Shown here: one piece after another, positions 27,909-36,158 of the stretch
Numbering within the stretch: the stretch's first letter is position 1
Layout: each line of letters opens with the position of its first letter
Source of the DNA: Acutalibacteraceae bacterium
GTDB taxonomy: Bacteria > Bacillota > Clostridia > Oscillospirales > Acutalibacteraceae
Length of the DNA: 64,000 nucleotides
Assembly (NCBI GenBank): GCA_045604185.1
Contig: JAZUNO010000092.1
Span: 24,956-88,955, forward strand
Direction: 5' to 3'
The notes under the pieces: model-generated
Databases searched by the model: none
Told to the model about the DNA's origin: nothing
The model's input: only the letters and a program-made list of their open reading frames with translations
Program-made: the position numbers and the translations under genes

Positions 27909-28670
27909 ATGATAGATAATTCATATAACAAGAAGAACTTCTTCAAATCAAAAGGTCTTTACATTGCAATTGCCCTGTGTATAGTTGCCGCAGGTGCAGG
28001 CGTCTGGGGAGCTGTCAACGGCTCAATGAATGTAAAAGACGGTAACACAGACACCACCGCCGAGAGCACAACAATCAATTGGAACATCAGCTACACTGAA
28101 GTTTTAACATCGGATGAAACCGAGGCCAACAACCCAGTAAAGAATGTTCCCGACACCAGAGAAAACACTACAAAAAAAGCAGAGCAGACTACTGAAAACA
28201 GCAAAAACACTCCCTATACAGGATATTTTGCATTACCAATGGGCACAAACATCACCAAAGATTACAGTGCAGGAAATATGGTCAAAAATAAAACCACAAA
28301 CGACTGGCGTGCACACTCGGGCATCGACTTTGGCGGTTCAAAAGGCAACGACGTGCTGGCAATTCAGGACGGCACTGTAAGGAAAGTATACAAGGATTCG
28401 CTATGGGGTAATGTTGTTGAAATCGACCACGGCAAAAATCTTACAGCCAGGTACTGCGGACTTGCAGACAACTCGCTCCCGAAAGTCGGTGCAAAAGTCA
28501 AGCAGTTTGACCACATCGGAACTTTAGGCGAAATTCCCGTTGAGGCCGCAGACGGAGAGCATCTGCACCTTGAAATAACGGTTGACGGGAAAATTGTCGA
28601 CCCTCTCGAAGCCATGAACAAGCTCGGTGACGCTGAAACAGCTACTGAGCACACAACCAAAGCACAATAA
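27909..28670 (+). CDS. M23-family (LytM-type) peptidoglycan metalloendopeptidase, membrane anchored
   Basis: HSGIDFGG...DGTV...GEHLHLEI motifs. The start was moved to ATG 27909, which follows GAGG; the ORF-track start is 27888. Confidence 0.85.
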   Translation: MIDNSYNKKNFFKSKGLYIAIALCIVAAGAGVWGAVNGSMNVKDGNTDTTAESTTINWNISYTEVLTSDETEANNPVKNVPDTRENTTKKAEQTTENSKNTPYTGYFALPMGTNITKDYSAGNMVKNKTTNDWRAHSGIDFGGSKGNDVLAIQDGTVRKVYKDSLWGNVVEIDHGKNLTARYCGLADNSLPKVGAKVKQFDHIGTLGEIPVEAADGEHLHLEITVDGKIVDPLEAMNKLGDAETATEHTTKAQ

Positions 28671-28878
28671 AAACCGATGTAAAAGAATTACCTCTGTTCT
28701 TTTATAAAAAATCTTTATACGTGTATATTTCAAGCATTGCACAAAACACAAAAGCATGATACTATAAATAAAAAGCAATGCCACACACGTGTCTAAAACC
28801 AGAACAAACACTAACGGTATCAATCTCTCTGCAACGTTTGGCGGAGAGATTGGTATCGCCATATAATCGGAGGTAATC

Positions 28879-30033
28879 ATGGAAATACGCCTTATAACAC
28901 CTGACGAAGTAACTGACTTTTTAAAGGTTTCATCGGCATCGTTCATTTGGAATTTTGATCCCGCAGTTGACAACAAAATAGATGTGCCCGTCATGGCAGC
29001 TTTTCATGAAGGCAAACTAATTGCAGGTATTGAAATGCCAACCTTTGAAAGCCATTACTGTGGCAATTTTCTTAAAACTATCGGTATCGGTGGAGTTTGC
29101 TCACTGCCCGAAAGCCGCAGAATGGGTGCTGTCAGAGCGATTTTTGACGAAGTCGGCAAAACAGCACAAGAAAACGGTTGGGCAATGGGATTCCTCTATC
29201 CTTTCTCTGTTTCCTACTATGAAAAGTTCGGATATGCGTATACAAACCGTCTGCTTTCAATAACTGTTCCCTTTGAAAATATGAGTCATATTCCGTGCAA
29301 CACAGATGTAATCCCTTATTCAGCGGAACACTTTGAGGAGTTGAGCGCTCTGCACGCAAAATGTGCCCTCAAAGAAAACCTTGTAACACTCCGTAACGAA
29401 AGAAAGTGTTTCTGCGAAACTTCTCTTGAAAAGTGCGAATATACATATTTCCGACGCAATGCTTCAGGAGAGGCCGACGGATATGTGTGTTTCAAGGTTG
29501 ACAGAGCAAGCGGTAACCTTACCGTTGCAGATCTTTATTTCCTTAGCCTTGAAGCACTTTACGGGCTGATCGGTTTTCTTCGTAACTATGACGGCATTGT
29601 CAAACGTATAATTGTTCACAAGCAATACCCGGGTTCACCCTTTGCCTGCATTGCTGACAGAATTACAGGCGTGACCTATACAGATGGTGGCTGTGCCGCG
29701 GGCAGAATTTACGACATGAAGAAAATTCTTGAGAGCAATGCTTATCCGGAAAAATACGGTAGCTTCCGCCTTTTGAGCCTTGATGAATTTGAACAGAATT
29801 CAGGTGTTTTCGAAGTCGAATATCAAAACGGCAAGGCTAACGTTACTCGCAAAAACGGCGGGGATTATGATATTTCACTCACTCCTACAGCAGCCGCAAG
29901 ATTACTGCTTTCCGGCGAGGGACACACCGCCGAAACTGCCGTATACATTAACGGCACCGAAATCAAAGGAGATGCAAGCGACTTCTTCACAGCATTCCCA
30001 CACCGTCCCACACGCTTTACCGACAATTTTTAA
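28879..30033 (+). CDS. GNAT-family N-acetyltransferase, Eis-like with SCP2-like C-terminal domain
   Basis: 384 aa. It has an acetyl-CoA motif region RRMGAVRAIFDEV and an Eis-type three-domain length. Confidence 0.65.
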   Translation: MEIRLITPDEVTDFLKVSSASFIWNFDPAVDNKIDVPVMAAFHEGKLIAGIEMPTFESHYCGNFLKTIGIGGVCSLPESRRMGAVRAIFDEVGKTAQENGWAMGFLYPFSVSYYEKFGYAYTNRLLSITVPFENMSHIPCNTDVIPYSAEHFEELSALHAKCALKENLVTLRNERKCFCETSLEKCEYTYFRRNASGEADGYVCFKVDRASGNLTVADLYFLSLEALYGLIGFLRNYDGIVKRIIVHKQYPGSPFACIADRITGVTYTDGGCAAGRIYDMKKILESNAYPEKYGSFRLLSLDEFEQNSGVFEVEYQNGKANVTRKNGGDYDISLTPTAAARLLLSGEGHTAETAVYINGTEIKGDASDFFTAFPHRPTRFTDNF

Positions 30034-30104
30034 AATACGGGGCTATTGAAGGGCGGCCTCACAAAGGGATATCAGCTTTCCTACATCAATATAGCTACAA
30101 AAAA

Positions 30105-30130
30105 GAGCCTGACATATTAATGTCAGGCTC
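30105..30130. terminator. bidirectional intrinsic terminator
   Basis: GAGCCTGACAT-ATTA-ATGTCAGGCTC, flanked by an A-run and a T-run. Confidence 0.75.
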
Positions 30131-30165
30131 AAATATTTTTAATCCCTTTAATCTAATCAGAATTG

Positions 30166-31200
30166 CTATTTAACGCTTATAATCCCGCCGCCGAGCACTG
30201 TATCACCGTCATAAAACGCCGCAAACTGTCCCGGGGTTACCGAGCGTTGTGCCTCATCAAATCGAACAAGCAGAGTGCCGTTCTCAGTCGGTGTCACCGT
30301 CGCCTGTGCCGCAGGTGCTCTGAACCTAATCTTTACTTGCACCGTGAATTCCTTTTCAGGCACGCACCCTGAAATCCAATTTATATTTTCTACCGTAAAT
30401 CCGTCGGAATACTGTGCACCGCACTCACCGAGGACAACACGGTTTTTATCCGCATCCAACCGAGTGACGAACATCGGTCTTCCAAAAGCTCCAAGTCCTT
30501 TGCGCTGGCCAACCGTATAGTTCATAATACCCTTATGTCTGCCGATAATATTGCCATCGGTGTCAACAAAGTCGCCCTCGCCACGGTCTTTGAGACCGAG
30601 GGAGCCTATAAAACCGACATAGTTATTGTCGGGTATAAAGCAGACCTCCTGGCTGTCTTTCTTCTGGGAAACGTGCAGGCCATACTGCTGTGCAAGAGAG
30701 CGTATCTCAATTTTCTCCATACCGTCAAGCGGAAACATTGCGTGTGAGAGCTGAAACTGTGAGAGCATACACAGAAAATAGCTTTGGTCTTTTGCTGATG
30801 CGGACCGTTTGAGAAGCGTTTTTCCGCCCACTCTTTCGAGTGAAGCATAGTGACCCGTAGCCAGAAAATCCGCTCCGTTTTCCAATGCGTAATCTAGCAT
30901 TGCACCAAACTTTATCTCTCTGTTGCATACAACACACGGATTAGGAGTTGCACCATGCAGATATTCGTTTGCAAAGTAGTCAATGACCTTTTCTTTGAAC
31001 GCTTCGCGCAAATCCAACACATGAAGTTTTATTCCTATGCTCTCTGCTGCTCTCTGTGCATCCCTGATATCTTCGTCCGCCAAAGCTTCGGGTTTTAAGC
31101 GCAAGGTTACGCCTTCAACATGATAGCCCTGCTCTTTGAGCATGACAGCCGCTACAGAACTGTCCACTCCTCCGCTCATCCCGACAAATACCGTCTGCAT
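30166..31200 (-). CDS. mnmA: tRNA 2-thiouridine(34) synthase
   Basis: VGMSGGVDSSVAA PP-loop and conserved CN..IKF segments, 344 aa. Confidence 0.9.
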   Translation of the reverse strand: MQTVFVGMSGGVDSSVAAVMLKEQGYHVEGVTLRLKPEALADEDIRDAQRAAESIGIKLHVLDLREAFKEKVIDYFANEYLHGATPNPCVVCNREIKFGAMLDYALENGADFLATGHYASLERVGGKTLLKRSASAKDQSYFLCMLSQFQLSHAMFPLDGMEKIEIRSLAQQYGLHVSQKKDSQEVCFIPDNNYVGFIGSLGLKDRGEGDFVDTDGNIIGRHKGIMNYTVGQRKGLGAFGRPMFVTRLDADKNRVVLGECGAQYSDGFTVENINWISGCVPEKEFTVQVKIRFRAPAAQATVTPTENGTLLVRFDEAQRSVTPGQFAAFYDGDTVLGGGIISVK

Positions 31201-31295
31201 CTCACACCTCCCGTAAAGCTTGATTTAACAAGCTTATTTTAACACATATATAAAAAAAATTCACCTGTTTGTGCCAAAAATAAACCTATTTTTAC

Positions 31296-31324
31296 TTGCA
31301 GAGTCAAAAAAAAGATAGTATAAT
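31296..31324 (+). promoter_or_regulatory. sigma-A type promoter, TTGCAG-17-TATAAT
   Basis: Hexamers at 31296-31301 and 31319-31324, in the AT-rich divergent region. Confidence 0.45.
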
Positions 31325-31492
31325 AATAATATATTATATATTGAGGGATTTTGCGCTCCAAACTTATCTGTGCGTGACGCTGCAGTCGGTTCGCAACACA
31401 GTTTCTGTTTCAAACCGCTGCACTGCGTTTTTTCTGAAATCAACATGATTTCGACGCCAATACTTTTTGAGCACCTAAGGGAGGATTTTGTT

Positions 31493-32341
31493 TTGTCCGT
31501 CGATTTACACTGCCATACCAAGCTTTCAAACAGTTCAATGGGCATCGATGATGTTGTCATCCTCGCAAAGAAAAGAGGGGTAGACACCATCGCTATCGCC
31601 GACCATGACTGTCAGGCCGGCTCTGTAAGAGGTAAGATTATCGCTGCTCGCCGCGGCGTTACTGTTATACCCGGTGTTGAGCTCTCCGCAATAGACGATA
31701 AAACCGGTCGCCAGGTACATATTCTGTGCTACCATTGCGACAGCCCGGACAGGCTTGAGGAGCTGTGTCACAAAAACTCTGCCGCTCGCAAAAAAGCGGG
31801 GCAGTATATGATTCTCAAAGCCGCACAGCGCTATCCCATAACAGCTGAGCTTGTTATGAAATGTGCTTCCGGTTCAACCGGAATATTTGAAGAGCACATC
31901 ATGCACGCCCTTATGGAATGCGGACTTACCCAAGACCTTCACGGTGAGCTGTACGAGGAGCTCTTCTCTCCCGACAGTCCCACCAACATTATAGTCGAGC
32001 CTAAGTTCGAGCCCGTCTCTCAAGTTATAGAAGCTATACACGGTGCAGGTGGCATTGCCGTTCTTGCACACCCCTATAAATACAACAGCGTTGATTCTCT
32101 TGACTATTATGTGTCTCTCGGTCTTGACGGAATTGAAGTGTGGTGCCCGTCAAACACACCCGAACAGCAGGAGTTTTTACTCGAATATGCAAAAGCAAAA
32201 AAACTCCTCACAGTCGGTGGCTCTGATTTCTGCGGAATGTATAATAACGGCATTATCAGCATCGGCGATTTTGCTACCCCTGCAGAAAGCCTGAAAGCTC
32301 TCAACGACTACAAGGCCGCACTTAAAAAGAATTCACGCTGA
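31493..32341 (+). CDS. PHP-domain metal-dependent phosphoesterase (TrpH/YciV-like)
   Basis: VDLHCHTKLSNSSMG...IADHD. The start was chosen at TTG 31493, 7 nt after GGGAGG; alternatives are ATG 31445 and ATG 31370. Confidence 0.75.
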   Translation: MSVDLHCHTKLSNSSMGIDDVVILAKKRGVDTIAIADHDCQAGSVRGKIIAARRGVTVIPGVELSAIDDKTGRQVHILCYHCDSPDRLEELCHKNSAARKKAGQYMILKAAQRYPITAELVMKCASGSTGIFEEHIMHALMECGLTQDLHGELYEELFSPDSPTNIIVEPKFEPVSQVIEAIHGAGGIAVLAHPYKYNSVDSLDYYVSLGLDGIEVWCPSNTPEQQEFLLEYAKAKKLLTVGGSDFCGMYNNGIISIGDFATPAESLKALNDYKAALKKNSR

Positions 32342-32362
32342 ACTGATTAAAGGATGATGTCT

Positions 32363-32947
32363 ATGCCTTATAACGAGGACCGTGATGTAAAAGTTTTTTA
32401 TCCCTCAGGCGACAAAAAACGCAACTCGGAAAAAGATATTCTTCAGATTGCAGAAATTCTGGACAGTCAACGAAGCAACGGAAATCTTCTGCTGGCCCGA
32501 AAACTCGGTGAACACATTGCGGATATCAGACCCGAAAATGCCGGTGAACTTGACGGCATTGATCTTGAAGCGTCAGGAATTTATGTGGATAAGCTCACAT
32601 CAAATGTTCTGTATCAAATCCGTGTCCTTATGACTTTCGCCGCACAAATAACCCTGCATTCAGTTCTGCCGTCCGTACTCTCCTCTGAGGCCGTCAACAT
32701 AATGTATAACAAGATGCGAGACAGGTCCGAGGCTTTCTACGACAACCTTACAGACGGAACATCTTTTTCTTTCTATTATCTTGCAATCAGAAAAGGTGTT
32801 AATATAGAGGAAAATATCGGCAAGAATTTCGCAATGCTTTGTGCTGATGAAGATGACGGGGAGCTTATAACCCTCGGAAAAACAGTTTATACACTGACAG
32901 ACAAGTATATAAGAGAGCTTGTTGAGAGCTACAACTTCAAAATTTAA
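32363..32947 (+). CDS. hypothetical protein (about 195 aa)
   Basis: Follows the PHP gene by about 20 nt. There are three in-frame ATGs (32354, 32357, 32363), and the third is best spaced from AAAGGA. Confidence 0.45.
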   Translation: MPYNEDRDVKVFYPSGDKKRNSEKDILQIAEILDSQRSNGNLLLARKLGEHIADIRPENAGELDGIDLEASGIYVDKLTSNVLYQIRVLMTFAAQITLHSVLPSVLSSEAVNIMYNKMRDRSEAFYDNLTDGTSFSFYYLAIRKGVNIEENIGKNFAMLCADEDDGELITLGKTVYTLTDKYIRELVESYNFKI

Positions 32948-32953
32948 CATCAG

Positions 32954-32998
32954 CAGCACGATGAAGGGCAGCCTTACATCGTGCTGTTTTTATTTTTT
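32954..32998 (+). terminator. intrinsic terminator
   Basis: CAGCACGATG-13 nt-CATCGTGCTG followed by TTTTTATTTTTT. Confidence 0.8.
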
Positions 32999-33004
32999 AA
33001 AGGT

Positions 33005-33042
33005 AACGCCCTGCGGTATGCTGACACATACCGCAGGGCGTT
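33005..33042. terminator. second strong hairpin between convergent genes
   Basis: AACGCCCTGCGGTATG-CTGACA-CATACCGCAGGGCGTT, a 16-bp perfect stem with weak flanking U-runs. Confidence 0.5.
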
Positions 33043-33121
33043 AATTTCATTATTCTGTCAAAATCACAGGAAAACTTTCTTCCTTGAAAATTATTCTCAG
33101 TAATTTCTATGTGAGTCCGCC

Positions 33122-33385
33122 TTATGCTTCGTTCTTTCTCTTCTCAAAGCAAGCGCTACAATAAACAGGCTTGTCCTCACGGGGCTTGAAAGGAACCTTT
33201 GCAACTCCCCCGCAATGATCGCAGACCGCTTCGAACATAGCATTATTCTTCTTGGCCTGGCGGCAAGCTTTGCAGCGTTGCGGCTCATTTACAAAGCCTT
33301 TTTCAGCATAGAACTCCTGCTCTCCGGCCGTGAAAACGAATTCCTGATTGCAGTCCTTGCAGATGAGAGTTTTGTCTTCGTACAT
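33122..33385 (-). CDS. zinc-ribbon protein with four CxxC motifs (CxxC-x17-CxxC type)
   Basis: 87 aa containing CKDC...CKAC...CDHC...CSAC. Confidence 0.7.
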   Translation of the reverse strand: MYEDKTLICKDCNQEFVFTAGEQEFYAEKGFVNEPQRCKACRQAKKNNAMFEAVCDHCGGVAKVPFKPREDKPVYCSACFEKRKNEA

Positions 33386-33490
33386 TTTTACTAACCTCGC
33401 TTGAAAATATTTTTTGCCCTTGGACGGAATCGCACCGCCACCTTTGTTTTACAACGCTCTGCTTTAAGCTACGTGGGCATAATAACATAA

Positions 33491-34057
33491 TTACTGAGTA
33501 AGCTTTTTCCGTGCACGCATCAGTGCATTATCAACAGCTTTTGCAGTGGTGTTGAGCTTCAAAGCTATGTCATCATAGCTCAGACCTTTCACTCTATAGA
33601 GCAATGCGTTCTTTTCAAACTCACTCAACCTTTCATCGAGCAATGCACGCAAGCTCAACATATCCTCATGCTCAGAAAAAATCTCCTGGGGGTCCGACGA
33701 ATAGTCATGCATATTTTTCTGCTCATCCTCGAGCGAAGAAACCATCTCGGGAGGAATATTTTTTTGCGAACGGCCACGGCGAAGCATGGACACTATGCGG
33801 TTGTTGATGCACACACCGGCATAGGTTTTAAAAGAGGCTTCCCTTTCGGGATTGTAGGTGTTAACGGCAGTTATGAAACCGAGCATGCCCTCCTGCAAAA
33901 GGTCCTCCTTTTGCAAATCCGTACAGTCATACATTGCGGCTTTTGCTCCTGCCAGAGGCATAATCCGATTTATGAGTTCGGCCATAGCCTTATCATTGCC
34001 CGCAGCCGCCAACTCACAGAGCTGTTCATCACTCAGATTCTGCACACTGCGTTCCAT
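33491..34057 (-). CDS. sigma-70 family RNA polymerase sigma factor, SigH-like
   Basis: Region 2 EDLLQEGMLGFITAVNTYNPEREASFKTYAGVCINNRIVSMLR parallels B. subtilis SigH (EDIVQEGMIGLYK...FKAFAELCITRQI). The C-terminus has a region 4 HTH. Confidence 0.75.
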   Translation of the reverse strand: MERSVQNLSDEQLCELAAAGNDKAMAELINRIMPLAGAKAAMYDCTDLQKEDLLQEGMLGFITAVNTYNPEREASFKTYAGVCINNRIVSMLRRGRSQKNIPPEMVSSLEDEQKNMHDYSSDPQEIFSEHEDMLSLRALLDERLSEFEKNALLYRVKGLSYDDIALKLNTTAKAVDNALMRARKKLTQ

Positions 34058-34097
34058 TAATCCACCTCTGCAACTACTTCAATCTTACCCATTTTTT

Positions 34098-34126
34098 ATC
34101 ATATCCAATTTTTTCATGTTTGTCAA
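34098..34126 (-). promoter_or_regulatory. sigma-A type promoter, TTGACA-17-TATGAT, for the sigma factor gene
   Basis: Minus strand: TTGACA (34121-34126), a 17-nt spacer, TATGAT (34098-34103). Confidence 0.6.
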
Positions 34127-34174
34127 CAATTATTTTAAAAGCTTTATGATGCTTTTTGTTGCACTCGTCAAAGT

Positions 34175-35353
34175 CTATATCTGCGACGCACGTTTTATAA
34201 CAGCCTTACCGTACTTGTCCCTCAACTCGTCCACACGGGCACCGAGTTCCTCCATCTTATCCGAATGTTCCTCATCGGCATCAAAAGAAAGCTGTATGCC
34301 TATATCCTCCTGTGTCAAATCCCCTGCCGTTATACCTATAAGTCTCACGGGATTTTTAATCGCCCTATTCTCTTCAATAAGCTCCATACCGGCTTTAATC
34401 AGCTCATCCGCAACACGTGTAGGCCTCGTAAGACGTTTCTGATACTGCTTTACATTGAACAGATTGTCCTTTATCTGAATCTGAACAGAGCAAGCAAACA
34501 GCTTCTCCCGCCTCAGGCGGGTGGATATGTCATCCGCAAGCGATGTCATAACGCTCTTAAGATATGACACATCCGTTGTGTCTTCGCCAAGAGTCATACT
34601 CCGTCCGATACTCTTCGGAAGCGGTTCCTCACCGTATCGCAAAACAGGCTCGTTTTCCAATCCCAAAGCCGCTTTCCGCAATGCCTCACCATGTTTTCCG
34701 AGCAGTTTTTTCATCAGCTCCTCGGGTGCCGAGGCAAGGTCACCTATGGTAAATATACCAACCGATGACAGCTTTAACCTTGTGCTCTCACCGACTCCCA
34801 TAAGCTCCGAAACAGGACGGTTATACAGCTTATCTCTAAAATTGTCTGCTCCCACTACAAAAATACCGTCAGGCTTATTTACATCACTTGCAAGCTTTGC
34901 AAAAAATTTATTAAAACTCACTCCGACCGACACTGTTATACCGAGCTCGTTTTTCATATCAGCCTGAATCTTCTTTGCTATCTGCTCACCCGTACCGAAA
35001 AGCCGTGTACTGCCCGTAACGTCAAGCCAACATTCATCTATACTGAAAGCCTCGACCAAATCAGTATAGCGCAAATATATTTCCCGTGCTTTTACGGAAA
35101 ACTCCCGATATTTTGCCATTTGCGGAGGTACCGTTACAAGTTGAGGACATTTTTGTCTCGCCTGCCAGACCGTTTCTGCGGTTTTAATTCCCGCTTTTTT
35201 TGCAAGCTGATTTTTTGCAAGCACTACTCCATGCCTTTCACTCTCACTTCCGCACACTATCATAGGCACGGTTTTAAGCTCCGGACGGAACACACATTCC
35301 ACCGAAGCAAAAAAATTATCCAAATCACAATGAAGAATTATTCTCTCTTTCAA
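34175..35353 (-). CDS. dinB: DNA polymerase IV (Y-family)
   Basis: ILHCDLDNFFASVE motif. The start was chosen at TTG 35353, 8 nt after GGAG. The ORF-track ATG at 35371 lies inside the SOS box. Confidence 0.85.
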   Translation of the reverse strand: MKERIILHCDLDNFFASVECVFRPELKTVPMIVCGSESERHGVVLAKNQLAKKAGIKTAETVWQARQKCPQLVTVPPQMAKYREFSVKAREIYLRYTDLVEAFSIDECWLDVTGSTRLFGTGEQIAKKIQADMKNELGITVSVGVSFNKFFAKLASDVNKPDGIFVVGADNFRDKLYNRPVSELMGVGESTRLKLSSVGIFTIGDLASAPEELMKKLLGKHGEALRKAALGLENEPVLRYGEEPLPKSIGRSMTLGEDTTDVSYLKSVMTSLADDISTRLRREKLFACSVQIQIKDNLFNVKQYQKRLTRPTRVADELIKAGMELIEENRAIKNPVRLIGITAGDLTQEDIGIQLSFDADEEHSDKMEELGARVDELRDKYGKAVIKRASQI

Positions 35354-35365
35354 GCTGTTCACTCC

Positions 35366-35379
35366 AAACATTTGTTCGG
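35366..35379. promoter_or_regulatory. LexA (SOS/Cheo) box, CGAACAAATGTTTG
   Basis: The minus strand reads CGAAC-AAAT-GTTTG, starting 5 nt downstream of the dinB -10 hexamer. Confidence 0.7.
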
Positions 35380-35384
35380 TTTAT

Positions 35385-35413
35385 ATTATAAACAGTTTAT
35401 CAAAATTAGTCAA
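35385..35413 (-). promoter_or_regulatory. sigma-A type promoter, TTGACT-17-TATAAT, of dinB
   Basis: Minus strand: TTGACT (35408-35413), a 17-nt spacer, TATAAT (35385-35390). Confidence 0.7.
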
Positions 35414-35481
35414 GCTCAATTTTTGCCTGTAATAAAAGAAAGCCGTCAATCCAACAATAAAAACAGAATATCAAACGGGCG

Positions 35482-36093
35482 GTGAAAATTTTGTCAAACA
35501 ACAGGCAGATATCAAAAATAAAAAAGCTGTGGTCAATTGTTGCCATTCTCGCCCTTGGATTGATTTTCATCGTCATTGCATCCTTTAGTGCAAATTCAGA
35601 CAAAGCGGTTTCGGGACTCGGCTCAAGAGGAAACGATGTGCTTTTGATTCAGCAGAGGCTCTGTCAGCTCGGATTCTATGACGGCGAGGAAAACGGCATA
35701 TTCACCCTTGAAACACAGAGGGCACTGCTTGAATTTCAACACGAAAACGGGCTTGACGGCACAGGAAAAGCGGATACTAAAACCCGAAACAAACTCGGTT
35801 TGGGACAAGCTCCCCTGTCAGAATACAGCGACGCCGAACTGTTGGCTCGGTTTATTGAATGGAAGGCAGGCAGCGGCAATTATATTGACAAAGTAACTGC
35901 CGGTGCCATTGTGCTCAACCGCATGGCAGATGACAAATATCCCGATACAGTTGCCGGAGTTGTTTTCCAGAACGGCGAATTCAACGGTTTTGCCACCGCA
36001 GTATATAAATCCAACCCCACACAATCCTCAATAAAGGCCGCCGAAGACTGTCTCAGCGGCACAGACCCCACCGGCGGAAAAACCGATTTTTAA
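35482..36093 (+). CDS. SleB-type cell wall hydrolase with PG_binding_1 domain
   Basis: GSRGNDVLLIQQRLCQLGFYDGEENGIF (peptidoglycan-binding) and VLNRMADDKYPDTVAGVVFQNGEF (Hydrolase_2). The start codon is uncertain (GTG 35482 or TTG 35491). Confidence 0.75.
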   Translation: MKILSNNRQISKIKKLWSIVAILALGLIFIVIASFSANSDKAVSGLGSRGNDVLLIQQRLCQLGFYDGEENGIFTLETQRALLEFQHENGLDGTGKADTKTRNKLGLGQAPLSEYSDAELLARFIEWKAGSGNYIDKVTAGAIVLNRMADDKYPDTVAGVVFQNGEFNGFATAVYKSNPTQSSIKAAEDCLSGTDPTGGKTDF

Positions 36094-36158
36094 ATTAAAG
36101 CCAAAAGCGACTTGCACAGGTTAAATCCTGCACGAGCCGCTTTCTTATCATTCAGTTT

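Noticed and set aside
28820-28878. Imperfect hairpin (CAATCTCTC...GAGAGATTG) immediately upstream of the GNAT gene RBS
   Set aside because: It has only a 9-bp core with mismatched extensions, no U-run and no recognisable motif. It may affect translation, but the evidence is insufficient.
31325-31440. Possible riboswitch or attenuator in the roughly 165-nt leader of the PHP gene, ending in GCGTTTTTT
   Set aside because: The stems I could draw are short and bulged (CGG/CCG plus TGCAG/CTGCA), and no known riboswitch core motif is visible. It is also partly covered by alternative in-frame starts. The evidence is too weak to call.
32584-32592. Perfect DnaA-box consensus TGTGGATAA
   Set aside because: It is a single isolated copy inside a coding region, far from dnaA. 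About one such 9-mer is expected by chance in 128 kb of two-strand sequence.
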